A stretch of 64,000 bases of DNA from Tubulanus polymorphus (GCF_964204645.1 NC_134033.1:5418231-5482230), one strand, 5' to 3'. Shown: positions 25,901-38,829, numbered from the stretch's first letter. A program made the numbers and translations. The notes: generated by a model from the letters alone, not told the origin.

Positions 25901-28900
25901 TTCTCGGCTTCTTTGTGATGATGACTGTCGACGACTTTAGCGATAGTCGACGCGTCGATTTTGCCTGCGTTTAGCATGCCGAGTATGGCCTGGAAGTCTC
26001 CCGGGATGGGGCCTCCTCCGCCCGACGCTCCCGCTTTTAAGGCGGCCTCGGCGCCCTCGACCAGAATATCTACGAACTCTTTCAACAGTTCGGCGTCGAT
26101 TTTCTGACCGGTCTCCGACCCGACGTTTGTACCGGTGATTCCGACAGTTCCGACGCCTCCTTCAACTTTTGACCATAAAGCTTCGATGAGACCTGTTAAA
26201 TAAAGAATGAAACATCCAAAAACAACATTCGTGTTTTTATCAAAAACCTACACGACATAGTAGCTGTTGAAAGTATGCGCTACTGAATGGGTCTACGAAA
26301 GCCCACGACACGGGGAAACACAGTAAACGCGGGATAAAACATGTTTCATCTCGAAAACGTCGTTTACGAAACCACGTTTCTCGTTTCTCATGTAGCCTAC
26401 GCACGACGCAGGGAAACGCTCCGGAAACATGTTTCTATCTCATGTTTCCGTGTTTTCACGCGTCGTGCGCGATGGACTTCTACAATAGTTTCAAGACGTT
26501 AGAGCGCTTATAAAACTAAGATGGTCTTATAGACTGGTGGTCTTGAATCTAAGCTTTCACTGCGCTACTGATGGACCCTGATTCATGAAATCAGCCTGCG
26601 CGAGGCCGGAGAAAGAAACTAAAAAAAAAATCGATAGAGTTCGTTACTTACGTCGTAGCTACGTACCTTTCTCCGAGACACGTTTTTGGAGAGTTCGAAA
26701 CTGTGCCCGACTCCGAAGCGTTCGCCGCGCACAAAACCAAGCATTTGATTAAAAAGATTACTAGCAAACACCTCCTCTGAACCATTTGATTGATATCATA
26801 ATAGGCAGGGTTGGTTCTTCTGTCAAGACCAGGCTAAGGGAATTTTGGAATTTTTGAACCCAGGGTCTAAGCGAGGGAAGCTGTTATGCGAAGCGACTCC
26901 TGGAAAGCTGGCGCTACTGAAGCAAATTACATTTTGAAAGCGGGTTTAAACAAAACAGGAATCGCTATATTCTAATTCACAAATGACCAGTTGAAACGCT
27001 GGTTCAACAATTTCATTCAACTACCCTACTAGATCTATGATATCGGTCGTAGCGTCGCCGGCGTTTCCTTCTTGACCAGTTTGACCGGTTAAACCGCCCA
27101 GAATGTCGCCTATACCGCCGGCGCCGCCCTCACCGATCGCGCCGGCAGCGCCGCCTAGCAGCTTGCCGACTGTGTCCTTATCACCTCCGCCGATGACGCC
27201 TTTCGAAATCAACGTCTTCAAGATATCTGCGGCGCCTTCGACGCCTTTAGCCGCTAAATCGACGAGCTCGCCGACCAGTTCGGCGGTGATCTTCTGTTGC
27301 GTGGATGATCCCAAATTGATGCCGCCAACTCCACCTTGACCGACCCCCTCAGACCCAAAAATATGTTTCAGGACGCCTGAAAATTAAGTAAGAAAATATG
27401 AACTTTTATCAATAAAGGTCAGCTCTATTCATATATATTCAATGGAAACTCACTATCTAAATTGTTAGGATCAACTTTTGACAAGTCACGTCGTTTCAGA
27501 TTTTTCAGACTGTTCTTGGCGGCTTCGGCAGCGATCGCTAAGAATTTATCTAGTAATGATTTACCACCGGCGGCGCCAGTGGAAAATGAGCTCGGTTTCG
27601 ATCCTCCGAATCCACCATCAGGACCTCCGAATCCACCGTTATCTCCACCAAATCCACCATCAGGACCTCCGAATCCACCGTTATCACCTCCGAATCCACC
27701 GTTATCACCACCGAATCCACCATCAGGACCCCCGAATCCACCGTTATCTCCACCGAATCCACCATCAGGACCTCCGAATCCACCGTTATCTCCACCGAAT
27801 CCACCATTATCTCCACCAAATCCACCGTTATTTCCGCCATTATCACCACCGAATCCACCGTTATTTCCACCGAATCCACCGTTATCTCCACCGAATCCAC
27901 CATTATCTCCACCAAATCCACCGTTATTTCCGCCATTATCACCACCGAATCCACCGTTATTTCCACCGAATCCACCGTTATCTCCACCGAATCCACCATT
28001 ATCTCCACCAAATCCACCGTTATTTCCACCATTATCACCACCGAATCCACCGTTATCTCCACCCAATCCACCATTATCTCCACCGAATCCACCGTTATCT
28101 CCACCGAATCCACCGTTATCTCCACCAGTTGATCCGCCGTTTCCAAGACCATCTATCAAGTTATCGATATCACCACCATTTCCTAGACCGTTGATGAGAT
28201 TGTCAATCTGACCGCCCGTGACCTTGCCTCCTGTAGAGCTGCCATCGGTTAATCCTCCAGTCATAGCCCCGCCTCCTGTTAGCTTCTTAGCCAATTCGGC
28301 CGCACTTATGACGCCTTTCGCTACCAGGTCGACCAAGTCGGATACGAGTTCAGCGGTGATCGTCTGTTGAGTCGATGATCCGAGGTTCGTGCCTCCGATG
28401 CCGCCTTGACCGACGCCTTCCGAAGAGAAAATGGCCGCCAAAACACCTGCAATATTGAAAGGATTTTAGAGGGAATAATGTACGTGACATTTGGACAGAT
28501 TATAGCAAACTACTGTTGCTACCGAGTTCCCTGATTCTGAACTCGGTAAAATTTTTACAGTAGTCTCAACGCTACCGAGTTTCCTGATTCTGAACTCGGT
28601 GAAATATTTACAGTAGTCTCAACGCTACCGAGTTCCCTGATTGTCAACTCAGTGAAATATTTACAGCAGTCTCAACGCTACCGAGTTCCCTGATTCTGAA
28701 CTCGGTGAAATATTTACAGCAGTCTCAACGCTACCGAGTTCCCTGATTGTCAACTTGTTGTGAAATATTTACAGCAGTCTTAACGCTACCAAGTTCCCTG
28801 ATTGTCAACTCGGTGAAATATTTACAGCAGTCTCAACGCTACCGAGGTCCCTGATTGTCAACTCGGTGAAATATTTACAGCAGTCTCAACGCTACCGAGT

Positions 28901-31900
28901 TCCCTGATTGTCAACTCGGTGAAATATTTACAGCAGTCTCGACGCTACCGAGTTCCCTGATTGTCAACTCGGTGAAATATTTACAGCAGTCTCAACGCTA
29001 CCGAGTTCCCTGTTTCTCAACTTAGTGAAATATTTACAGCAGTCTCAACGTTACCGAGTTCCCTGATTGTCAACTCGGTGAAATATTTACAGCAGTCTCA
29101 ACGCTACCGAGTTCCCTGATTGTCAACTTGTTGTGAAATATTTACAGCAGTCTCAACGCTACCGAGTTCCCTGATTGTCAACTCGGTGAAATATTTACAG
29201 CAGTCTCAACGCTACCGAGTTCCCTGTTTCTCAACTCAGTGAAATATTTACAGCAGTCTCAACGCTACCGAGTTCCCTGTTTCTCAACTCAGTGAAATAT
29301 TTACAGCAGTCTCAACGTTACCGAGTTCCCTGATTGTCAACTCGGTGAAATATTTACAGCAGTCTCGACGCTACCGAGTTCCCTGATTGTCAACTCGGTG
29401 AAATATTTACAGCAGTCTCAACGCTACCGAGTTCCCTGTTTCTCAACTCAGTGAAATATTTACAGCAGTCTCGACGCTACCGAGTTCCCTGATTGTCAAC
29501 TCGGTGAAATATTTACAGCAGTCTCGACGCTACCGAGTTTTCTGATTGTCAACTCGGTGAAATATTTACAGCAGTCTCAACGCTACCGAGTTCCCTGATT
29601 GTTAACTCGGTGAAATATCTACTTCGCTACAGAATGATGAATTATGCTTACTTTCTAAATCGTGCGGATTGACTACCGCCCTTTTTCGTTTGCCGAAGTT
29701 TCCCATCTGGGAGAATATGTCGCCGGTAAGTTTCTCGGGGTTGATTGCGCCCGATCCTCCGTTGCCCATCGAACCAAGAATACCGCCTAGAGCATCGCCG
29801 CCCTGTCCGCCTAGTACACCGCCGAGGGCGCCACCTGCTCCACCGGCACCGGGACCGGTCAGCGCTCCGAGAGGACCACCAGCGCCGCCACCGGCCATCC
29901 CACCAGTCAGAACCTTGCCGGCCAGATTACCTGCGATTTCGACGCCTTTAGCGCCCAGATCGATCAGCTCGCCGATCAATTCGGCGGTGATCGCTTGTTG
30001 ACTCGACGAACCGAGATTCGCCCCGGCCACGCCGGCCTGGCCGACACCTTCCGATTTGAACAAGTTTTCCATAACACCTGTCAAACGAAAACAAACGACG
30101 ATTGGTATATCTAATGATGAACCCAACCCACGCGGCAAAACGTTCGTTTCGGCAAAACAGATAATACGTTCTAATAACCATCAAGGCGATAACAATAAAA
30201 ACCTAATTTTCTAATGAGTACGAACCGTTTAATAAACACGAATGTTTTCGGGTTCATATCCCCTCATTAGGTGAAATACAAGCGAATCAAATGAAAAAAA
30301 CTACAGATTTAAAAACAACATAAATGTTATGGAAGTGTTATAAACGCTTAGTTTGTATGACTGTTGTGAACTGTTATAAATTTCAGTATAGTTAACGAAT
30401 AAAACCCCACAGTAGATTTGTAGAAACAGTTTATTTCGTAACAGTTTCAAGAAATAAACTATAAACCTCATCTTCAGAGGAACAAAAATACAATTCTGTA
30501 ATTTTTGTTCGTTTATTGTTTTTTCCTTGAGACTCTTTCTACAAATCTACTGTGGGGTTTTATTCATTCACTTGGTTTGTTATTAGCTTAGAATTTAACA
30601 CTTCGTAATTCTATTTAACTTATGTTGTATATAAATACATATGTCGTTTGATGATCTGTTTCACTTGTATTTCACCTGATGAAGGGGATACAATCCCGAA
30701 AACGTTCGTGTCAGTAAACCGTTCTTATTCATTGGAAAATGAGGTTTTTATTGTCATCGTTTCCATGGTTATTCGGATACTTAAACTATCAACCCAAGAT
30801 AATACGTTGTTCGCAAAACATTCCGAGTAAATGTTTTTACCCGCAACCGATAAAACGTTCAACGCACAAGGCAAAACGAAACACAGCGAAAAGGTTTTTC
30901 ACTAAGATAATTACTGCTTTCCGTATGAGTTGGGCTTAAATATAACAATTACAATTAAGATCCTCACAATGCGGGCTACACTTTCTGAAATGCTTCTGCT
31001 ACATTCATGTAAGGCTCAATTCATGTACGTAAGGTTCAGAATGAGGCTACAGAGTTAACATTTTTTAACATCACATGTAAATTAATTGTAATCAAATCCT
31101 TGTCTTGATTCAACATAGGTTACACGCGATTTCTAGGCTTAAAGCGACGACATTCGCAGCCAATGAATCCAATAAAGTCTAAAGTTCTGGACCCTATTCC
31201 ACAGTTGTGTGGTTATACGTTTTGAAAATGAACTGATTTCAATTTGCGATAAAACTCTTACTTACAACTGCAACTGTGGAACTGAATCCCGTGCTAATGT
31301 ATATCACTTTTGGCATACATACCCATATTCTTTTACGTATCGAAATTGTTTCTATTTGTAGGCGTGTGCCTAAATCATGTACTTTAAAATAAGTATTTTG
31401 ATTTTTCTTTCTACTTTGCTATCGAATCGGAATCGGAATTCGAGCCTCTATACTAGCGGAGGCTTAGTCGGTATTCGAAACCTACTCGGCGATCGTAGAT
31501 CAACTCGAATATTGAATTCGATATGTGAAGGAAATTGGAAAAAAACCTTTTCACAAAATTACATAGACACATTGTCTATAATCGATCGTGTATCTACTTA
31601 CTGGCAATATCATGTGGATTCAATGTTCGTTTCTGAGTCTCCTTTTCTGCAATTAGTAGTCAATTAGGAAAGCAATCAATATTCACAGGTCATGTATGCC
31701 AACACAAATGTAACCTTTGCGTTCTTGTTTCTTTTTTCGTATATTTCTTTTTTTTGAATTTTCGCTAGCAAGCTAAGCAACATTAACCGGGGCGTGCTTA
31801 TGAAAGAATGAATAGCGTTAAAAGCGAAGGCAAAACGATATTACGATTTCCGGTCGTATCACGAAGCCCGTTCGCCATTTTTTATTGATAGCATAAACGC

Positions 31901-32755
31901 GCGGTATAAAGCCCCAAGCCTTTTTATCAGATGTCGGACGAATTATCATTTTCTCGCGTTAAAGCAAAACCGGAAGCGGAAGCGCGGACTTCGATTATCG
32001 AAAGTCCTTCGTACGTACCGTATTGACGTAGTCCTCGATAGCCGGCATTTAGTAAAGTGGTAGGTTAAGATTTGGCGACTCCGGAACGAAATATTCAGTT
32101 AAAACTTAGTATTTTTTAACTCTTGGAGTTTACATTCAAACCAACCAATTTTCGAATGTAGTAATGGTGCATATAACGGGGTAACCCGCAGTGATAATGT
32201 TGCAATCGAGATTCCACTTATGGCAAGCGAGGATCCGCCAGGTTTGCGTTCGATTTCTTCTACATTTCGATAAAATCTAAATGAACCTTTCTCTTAAATG
32301 AATCAATTATTTATGAAGACTATATGCAAACCCGATAAGAAGAATGAAAGTGTTGTACATTTTGGTGAGTGCCGTGATTGTATATGGATTCAGAGGTCTA
32401 AAAATCCAGTTCAATGTTAATGAACTGATGTTCACAACGAACTGCGCATCACGCCATCTGGTGGGATAGCTGGTTTTGCGGGTACCCCATTAGAGATATT
32501 ATAATCTAGCGCCTAGAAACTTGAAACTTCTTCATTCTAATTAGCAAGATACTTCTACCAAATATAAAAGACGATATGAAAAAATAGCTGGGCTTTCACC
32601 ACGGAATTATAATTCGAAAATCTATGCAGATGTATCTTACTGGCTGTGTCTCGGGCGTCGAACGCTTGGTTCGTGTATCTGGGTTCGATTTTGTTGATCC
32701 ATTCTTCAGCGTGGCTGGTCGCTACCAGCAGCAATATCAGTCCAAGAAACTTCAT
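22575..32755 (-). CDS. Uncharacterised secreted Gly-rich polyprotein precursor (~1,090 aa) with four repeated modules
   Basis: Exons are 32755-32641 (signal peptide MKFLGLILLLVATSHA), 30077-29652, 28446-27454, 27376-27030, an uncertain micro-exon 26700-26667, 26192-25179, 24951-24824, 23382-23202 and 22615-22575 (stop, then AATAAA). All junctions are canonical and phase-compatible except the 27030 to 26192 join, which needs the micro-exon. Confidence 0.85.
23560..23720. mobile_element. Penelope pLTR relic with two hammerhead motifs in inverted orientation
   Basis: aacgtttcgactatatcctaatagtcatctt (minus) and ttattcctgaagatgactatcaggatatagtc (plus) closely match the ribozyme of the intact element. 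Confidence 0.75.
27610..28125 (-). repeat. Coding 21-bp tandem repeat encoding GG(D/N/P)(N/D)GGF
   Basis: About 25 heptapeptide units inside exon 28446-27454. Confidence 0.9.
28518..29620. repeat. 52-bp intronic minisatellite, about 21 units; same family at 16655-16820
   Basis: Unit aactcggtgaaatatttacagcagtctcaacgctaccgagttccctgattgtc. Confidence 0.95.
30222..30725. mobile_element. Nested inverted-repeat element with hammerhead motifs in both arms
   Basis: Plus arm CAC-CTGATGA-AGGGGATACAATCCC-GAAA-ACGTTC-GTG (30673-30710); a mutated minus copy at 30237-30273; inner inverted pair aaaaccccacagtagatttgtagaaa / tttctacaaatctactgtggggtttt. Confidence 0.7.
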
Positions 32756-34658
32756 CGCCCTGAAGATGAAATAATAACGGTATGAAGAGTAGAGAGTAAT
32801 TTATTTATGAAGAAAGCGCCGGGTTCACATCGTTGAATTATCATAATTTTTCAGGAAAATATTTTTGAAAATTTGTTAATATTGCGATGGGAGTTTGTAT
32901 TTCGGAAATTCGAATACTTATGTACAGTTTTCGTAGGGGTTAATCTGTTTGAGGCACTGCTCAGGGTTCAATTTTACACAACAGGTTTAAGCTGAAAAAA
33001 CGTTTAAGTTTGAATCCTCGTCCAATCAAGTTTGAATCTTTGAAAACATTTTCGCATAAAAACTAAAAACTTTTGTTTTGTTCCTAACGATTTTTCCGAG
33101 GAGATTTCTGTATATCGTGTCGATGCTAAAATGCGTTATGAAATGGAATACATTTTTTGGAATGTTCTTCACATGGAAACGTTAATCTTATTATAACTTT
33201 CCAATAAATACTCAATCGATTCTTGCATTTTGAAAACATTTAATCTTTAATTTATATCAACGCTGATACACTTTTCGATTTGGTGGTTTTCTTTTTTACT
33301 TGGAAAAGATCTTCACGCGAAAACTTTACTTCAGTAAAATTTTTCGATATTTTATACCATTCGGATTTTTATTGCGGATTCGATATTTTGATATCGAAAT
33401 AAATTTTTCGTCTTCAAAAAAATCCTCGAATGAAACGAAATGAAAAAGATTTTGAAAGATCTTGAAAAGATTTCAAGATCCAGTTCTGCAGTTTGTTGGT
33501 GAAAGTTAAACCTGTGTCAAAATTAGGTCATTTCAAATAACTTAAATCTGAGTTAACTCTGAGTAGAAATTAGTTCATTTTCGACGAGTTAACGCCGAAT
33601 AAAATCTTAAATCGCAACTTTGGAATTTGATCCTGGATCGTGGTTAACTTTTAGAAAAAAATATCTAAAAAAAAAATTCAATTAGATAACGTTAAGTAAA
33701 ATCTCATCTCAAAACTGTCAAACTGGATCCAGCAGATGCTGCAGTTACACAGTAGTTGGTTAGAGTTGACCGGTGGATAGTTGACATAGTAACAATTGGA
33801 TGTACTTCGATATAAACAAAAAAGTCTGTAATTTCGACCGCCGATCACACAACTATATCTGTACTTCGATTTCAAAATCTAACCCCAGTTTCGCTCCCGG
33901 CAGGTGTGGTGGGTTTGTAAGGGACAGTGAATAAAAAAAACAAAAAATCTAACGAAATGTACCAACCAAATAAATAACAGGGTCAATTCCTATTTTAAGC
34001 AAAAACAAAATATTAGGTTGCTATTATGATATTTATCCGCCGGTTCTTATTAACGATATTGGCGACCATATTTCGAGCAATACTAGCCCTTTTTTAAATC
34101 GGGTACATCGAAGGTTAGTAGAATACCCGCACTCGCAGAGAACAGATTACAAGATAAAAGCCCACTATTCATAGATATTAAAGGTTTTAAAATCGAGAAT
34201 TTATTCTATCAAAAATTAATCGAAAAGACACACCTGGGCCCAGTTTCATAAAGAATCTTAAGCCTAAAACGATTAAGTTTGAAATGTTGTCCCCGTTGAA
34301 AACACGAAGTAATCACTGGCAATTACACTAAGAATGTTAGTTTAACCTATTTTTTATGAAACCGAGCCCTAGGCCCAGTTTCACGGAAAATTTTACTTAA
34401 ATCTCTGGTGTAATTGCCAGTGGTTACTTCATGTTTTCAATGAGGACAAGAATTCAAACTTAACCTTGTTAAGCTTTAACCTTTTCGTGAAACACTGACG
34501 GTAATCTCTAGGGTGAGATCGAAACATCTTTTATAATCAATTTTCGAATAAACTCTCGATTCGAACACTTTTATTCCGTATGTAGCCGGTTTTCTATCGA
34601 AATAACATCGAAAGTTATTATTTCATCTTTTCGCCCGCAAACTATAAAACAAACTCAC

Positions 34659-34742
34659 GTATTGTTGCCGATGGTGAAAGTCCGTCGCGTACGTATTGAT
34701 TAAGCGTGTGAACGGGGACATTCGGTACGCCGGCTTTATATG
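34659..34742 (-). promoter_or_regulatory. TATA box and short non-coding first exon of the secreted polyprotein gene
   Basis: TATAAAG on the minus strand at 34740-34734 and a donor AC|gtgagt at 34658. The acceptor ttcatcttcag lies just before the ATG exon (32759). Confidence 0.6.
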
Positions 34743-35577
34743 TAAGAGTGCGCGGACACCTGACGCGTATCCGGTCCTATCTGCTACCACCTTCCTGTGC
34801 ACGGATAGGCGCCGTGTGTGTACAAAATCAGATAAAGTCGACAATTCCGTGACAACGTGATTTATGTTACACGCGCGCATACCCGCGCACTGACGAAATA
34901 GATGTTGACTTATTTCCCTGTTCGCTTCTGTATTGTATGTGCCTAATATGTTTTGACGCCGTGAGATGCGTTTGAAAAACTTTTTTTTTTCAAATTGATA
35001 ACAACCTCGGCCACAAACTGGGGCCGGGAAATTGGTCGGATGTATCGAAGTCCGGGTAGGGAGTCCGACGGAAAAAGGTTTCGTTTTTCCCGAGTTGGCC
35101 CTGCGCGATTAAGGTGAGGTTTACTGAACACTGCGCCATATTACGTAAGGGGTACTGCGTGAGGTGCTCTGCGGCATCGATATTGAAAAATAACTTATTT
35201 CATTTGTGAATGGTATATCGGCACAAACCAGGTGGCGCTAAAAATACACAGTTATACGTAGTGAAAATTAGTTCATTTTCAATGAACTTTGAACTGGATT
35301 TTAGGCTCCCAAATGGATACGTTGTCAAATATGTCATCAAATATGTCCTCGATTGCCACAGTAGCGGTGCGGGACCCCATATTGGCGTTTATTTTGTAAA
35401 TTATCAAATTTCACGACTCTTGTGTTCTATCTAACGAATCTTCATGCATTTTAAATCATGCGGTTGGGACATTGCGCGATAAGTGGCATCTCTCGCATAG
35501 AAACAAGCCAGCCTATAATAAGGCTTACAAGGCACATTGACATTTACGAGCTACGTTGACAAGCTTTATACTTCTTA

Positions 35578-35741
35578 AGGCGGGCGTAGGTCGGCCTTGC
35601 GACGGCTTGCGACTCATTGCGACGCGATTCACTGCGACGATCGCAACTAGTCGCACACAGTCGCCGATAATCGCGTGCAACCGACTTATGCCCCCACTTG
35701 CGACGATCGCATCGCGTCGCAAGGCCGACCTATGCCCGGCT
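35578..35741. mobile_element. PIF/Harbinger-type MITE
   Basis: TIR AGGCGGGCGTAGGTCGGCCTTGCGAC versus AGCCGGGCATAGGTCGGCCTTGCGAC; TTA on both sides. Confidence 0.8.
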
Positions 35742-37499
35742 TTAAATTCTAAGCGGAGTTAGTAAGTGGATTAAATTGATTATTGTCGACAATATAGTTG
35801 AAAATGATGCCATGGATAATCAAGATTGTTCGATGGTACATTAAGAGGTCTACGGGGGAGGGGGTGGGCGCTACAGTGAGAAAGCTGTGCCTTCTTTTTC
35901 GTTCAATGGCCACCGATTCGACCGGAAAATATCAACAACGCAAAGATGAATAAAGAGATTTTTTAATTTTATTTTCGATTTATTGCGAATCGGACAGATT
36001 TAAAAGTCGCGTAAAACTTTCACACAACAAACAGTAAACATCATTTAAAACAATAAACCGAAGCAGCTTATATTACTTCCATTGTCTATTACTAGCTTGA
36101 CAATTGGTCCATTGGTCAATGGGTCCATTGGTTCATTTTATTATGCAACGCTGTACCTCACTCTGATTAGACATTTGCGCAATCGTTTAATCAATAGGAA
36201 CATCTAGATATTGTACGAAGGTAAACTACATCCCAAAAATGATGAAGATACGCATCGAAACTGTTCATGACTGGGCCTGGTTTGCAACGCAGCACTCGTG
36301 GTTCTTTCTGCGAAAAATTACCGCAGAAACCGGTCTCAAGGTTAATTGAAATCAGAGCCCAGTTGCACGACCAACGTCTTGATTAAAGACCAGTCTAAGC
36401 TCATTATTGTTGTACAGCCAAGCTAACGACTTAAGATCAGTCTTAATGTTTAATTGGGTTCTATAGCCGATCTAACAGCAGAAAATCACATTCAGCTCGA
36501 TTTGGTGCAATGGCCAATATCAGAACTTAAGATTAGTCTACTAGTTTCATAGCCAATCCATCAAGTTAGGAACAATCTCTGTTCAGTTTGGTTCTATAGT
36601 CAATCTAACAGCTCAATTTATTTTGGTTCCATAGCCAACCAAAAGAAAAGGTCTAAACTCATTTTGATTCCATAACCAATCTCACAACTAAAGACCAGTC
36701 TAAGCTCAATTGAAAGTGATTGTACGTAGCTAAATGGATAGCTAGTGATTGATAGATGTTCCGATGAAAGCAAGTTTAAGATGGCTGCTCCCGTCATATC
36801 GGGCTCAAAGAGCCCGTTTTGCGTGGGGGATAAACAGGTGCAAAAATTAAATTAAATATTTTCAGCGTGGTATATTACATGACATATTCTTTTTATACTC
36901 GGCCCCGACTTCGTCGCCATATCGAAATCCAGACATAAAAATTGAAAATTGATCGAAAAGATATAACTGCTAAGCAGCGAAATTGGAACCTTTCGCATTC
37001 GAAATGAAGGAAATCATTTCGAAATTATAGAAAACTCATTGTCGGGGATTCGAACCTGACATGACAACTGGTACCACTACATCAATATTCATAACCTTAT
37101 GAAAATAACAATTTGATTCGCAGGGGTCAAACCTGCACTTAATATTACTGATAACGAATTTATCGACTTGATATGATGACCGATAAATTGTAGGACGTAT
37201 CAACTAGTTGACATCGTTTGCGATATTCAAATGACAAACTGATTTGATTCAGCATATGTGGCCTGGGATTTGAACCTGGTGGTAATGCCCAAATCAGCCA
37301 CTTGCCGGTTCAGGTTGATTGTTCGGATGAACCGGAACCGAAATCGATTTAAACAAAAATGCTATATATTCGACCGCCGGTGGTGGTGGTGGTGGTGGTT
37401 GTAGGAACACCAAATTGAATCTACCAATAGAAATGGGAGGGATAATCGTTTATTCAAAGTCAAAAGAGCGTTTGATGTGATACGTTTGATATTTTTGAT

Positions 37500-38400
37500 A
37501 ATACGGAGTATTGCAACAAGTTTCATATTGTTCAACCAAACCAGTTTGGCTTTCGAATGAATCATTCAACTGCCATGGCTTTAACCTTGATAAGTGATGA
37601 AATTTCACAAAACTTAGAAGAAAAACAAATCGACCTTGGGAGTATTCCCGGATTTATCAAAAGCCTTTGACACCGTTGATCAAATTTAGAAACTATGATT
37701 TTATTGGAATAAGAGGCGACTCGAACAACTGTTTTGAAAACTATATGAAGAATAGAAAACGATTCGTTCATATTCAAAATTATAAATCTTCATTATCTAC
37801 CGTTAAAACTGGAGTATCCCAAGGCTAAATTTTAGGTTCCTTGCATTTTTATATGTGAATGACTGTATTGAATTGTCTAATGTGTTAAAACTTATATTGT
37901 CTGCTGACGACACAAATGCTTTTTAGTGACAACGATTTAGACAGATTAGTACTTACTGTAAAGATTGAATTATCAAAATTATGTATCTGGTTTCAAACAA
38001 ACAAATTGTCATTAAATGTAAAGCAGTCATTTTATGGTGTTTAGTACACTCTTGAAACGTAACTTGAGCGTATCAATTATCAACCAAAAGATTGAACAAG
38101 TCAATGTCACACATTTTTTTGGTTCTAATTGACAGAAATCTAACCTGATAAAAATATAAAAATAAAATCTGCCGAGATAAAGTTTCTCGAAACATTAGTA
38201 TAATAAATAGTCAAATTCGTAATCTTTATTCATCGCTTATCGTTCCTACCTCCAGTATTGTAACTTAGTTTGGGACGAAATAAACTACAGCCATCAATTG
38301 TTTTGCAAAAAAGAGTTATTAGGCTCATTTCTAATTCCTATCATTTTATTTGGCGCACATTTTAAAACAGTTGAATATTCTCAGGCTCAAAGATACCATT
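37500..38400 (+). mobile_element. Decayed CR1/L2-type reverse-transcriptase fragment
   Basis: Remnants of DLSKAFDTVD (gatttatcaaaagcctttgacaccgttgat), GVSQG and ADDT, with stops and frameshifts. Confidence 0.75.
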
Positions 38401-38553
38401 ATGCATTCTTTTTCGCGTGTCGGAATTAGAAGATCAAACCGTACTGAATATCTACGCGTGTTCGGACGGAAAAACGAAAAAAATATAATCCGATTAGGAG
38501 AGAATCCCACAATGATAATAAAAAGTCCGAAAATGAAACTTCGAGATAGTAGT

Positions 38554-38599
38554 TTATTCAACGTTTCGACTATATCCTAATAGTCATCTTCAGGAATAA
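38554..38599 (-). ncRNA. Minimal hammerhead ribozyme (inverted pLTR copy)
   Basis: Exact reverse complement of the motif at 41543-41588. Confidence 0.8.
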
Positions 38600-38829
38600 T
38601 GAGATACTACAGAAATTATGAGATATATATACAATCCAGGGACAAAGAGACTAATTCAAGTAATCAGAGATGATACAAACTAAAGGAAAATTAACGTAGA
38701 AACAGTTACACGCTAAAATAGATTAAAGGGAAGCAAACTACTATCTCGAAGTTTCATTTTCGGACTTTTTATTATCATTGTGGGATTCTCTCCTCATCGC
38801 GTCAACACGGATATTGTGTTTTACCTATC

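Noticed and set aside
26648-26785. Signal-peptide-like minus ORF MVQRRCLLVIFLIKCLVLCAANA as the first exon of a second gene
   Set aside because: Its donors are phase 2, but the exon at 26192 needs phase 1.
27462-28211. Pro-rich, His/Arg-rich and VEITVDS ORFs
   Set aside because: These are shadow frames of the GGDNGGF exon. Only the Gly-rich frame has matching splice phases and the conserved module.
28518-29620. CRISPR-like regular array (also 4826-5225 and 59715-62185)
   Set aside because: The units are contiguous with no unique spacers, there are no cas genes, and the DNA is eukaryotic.
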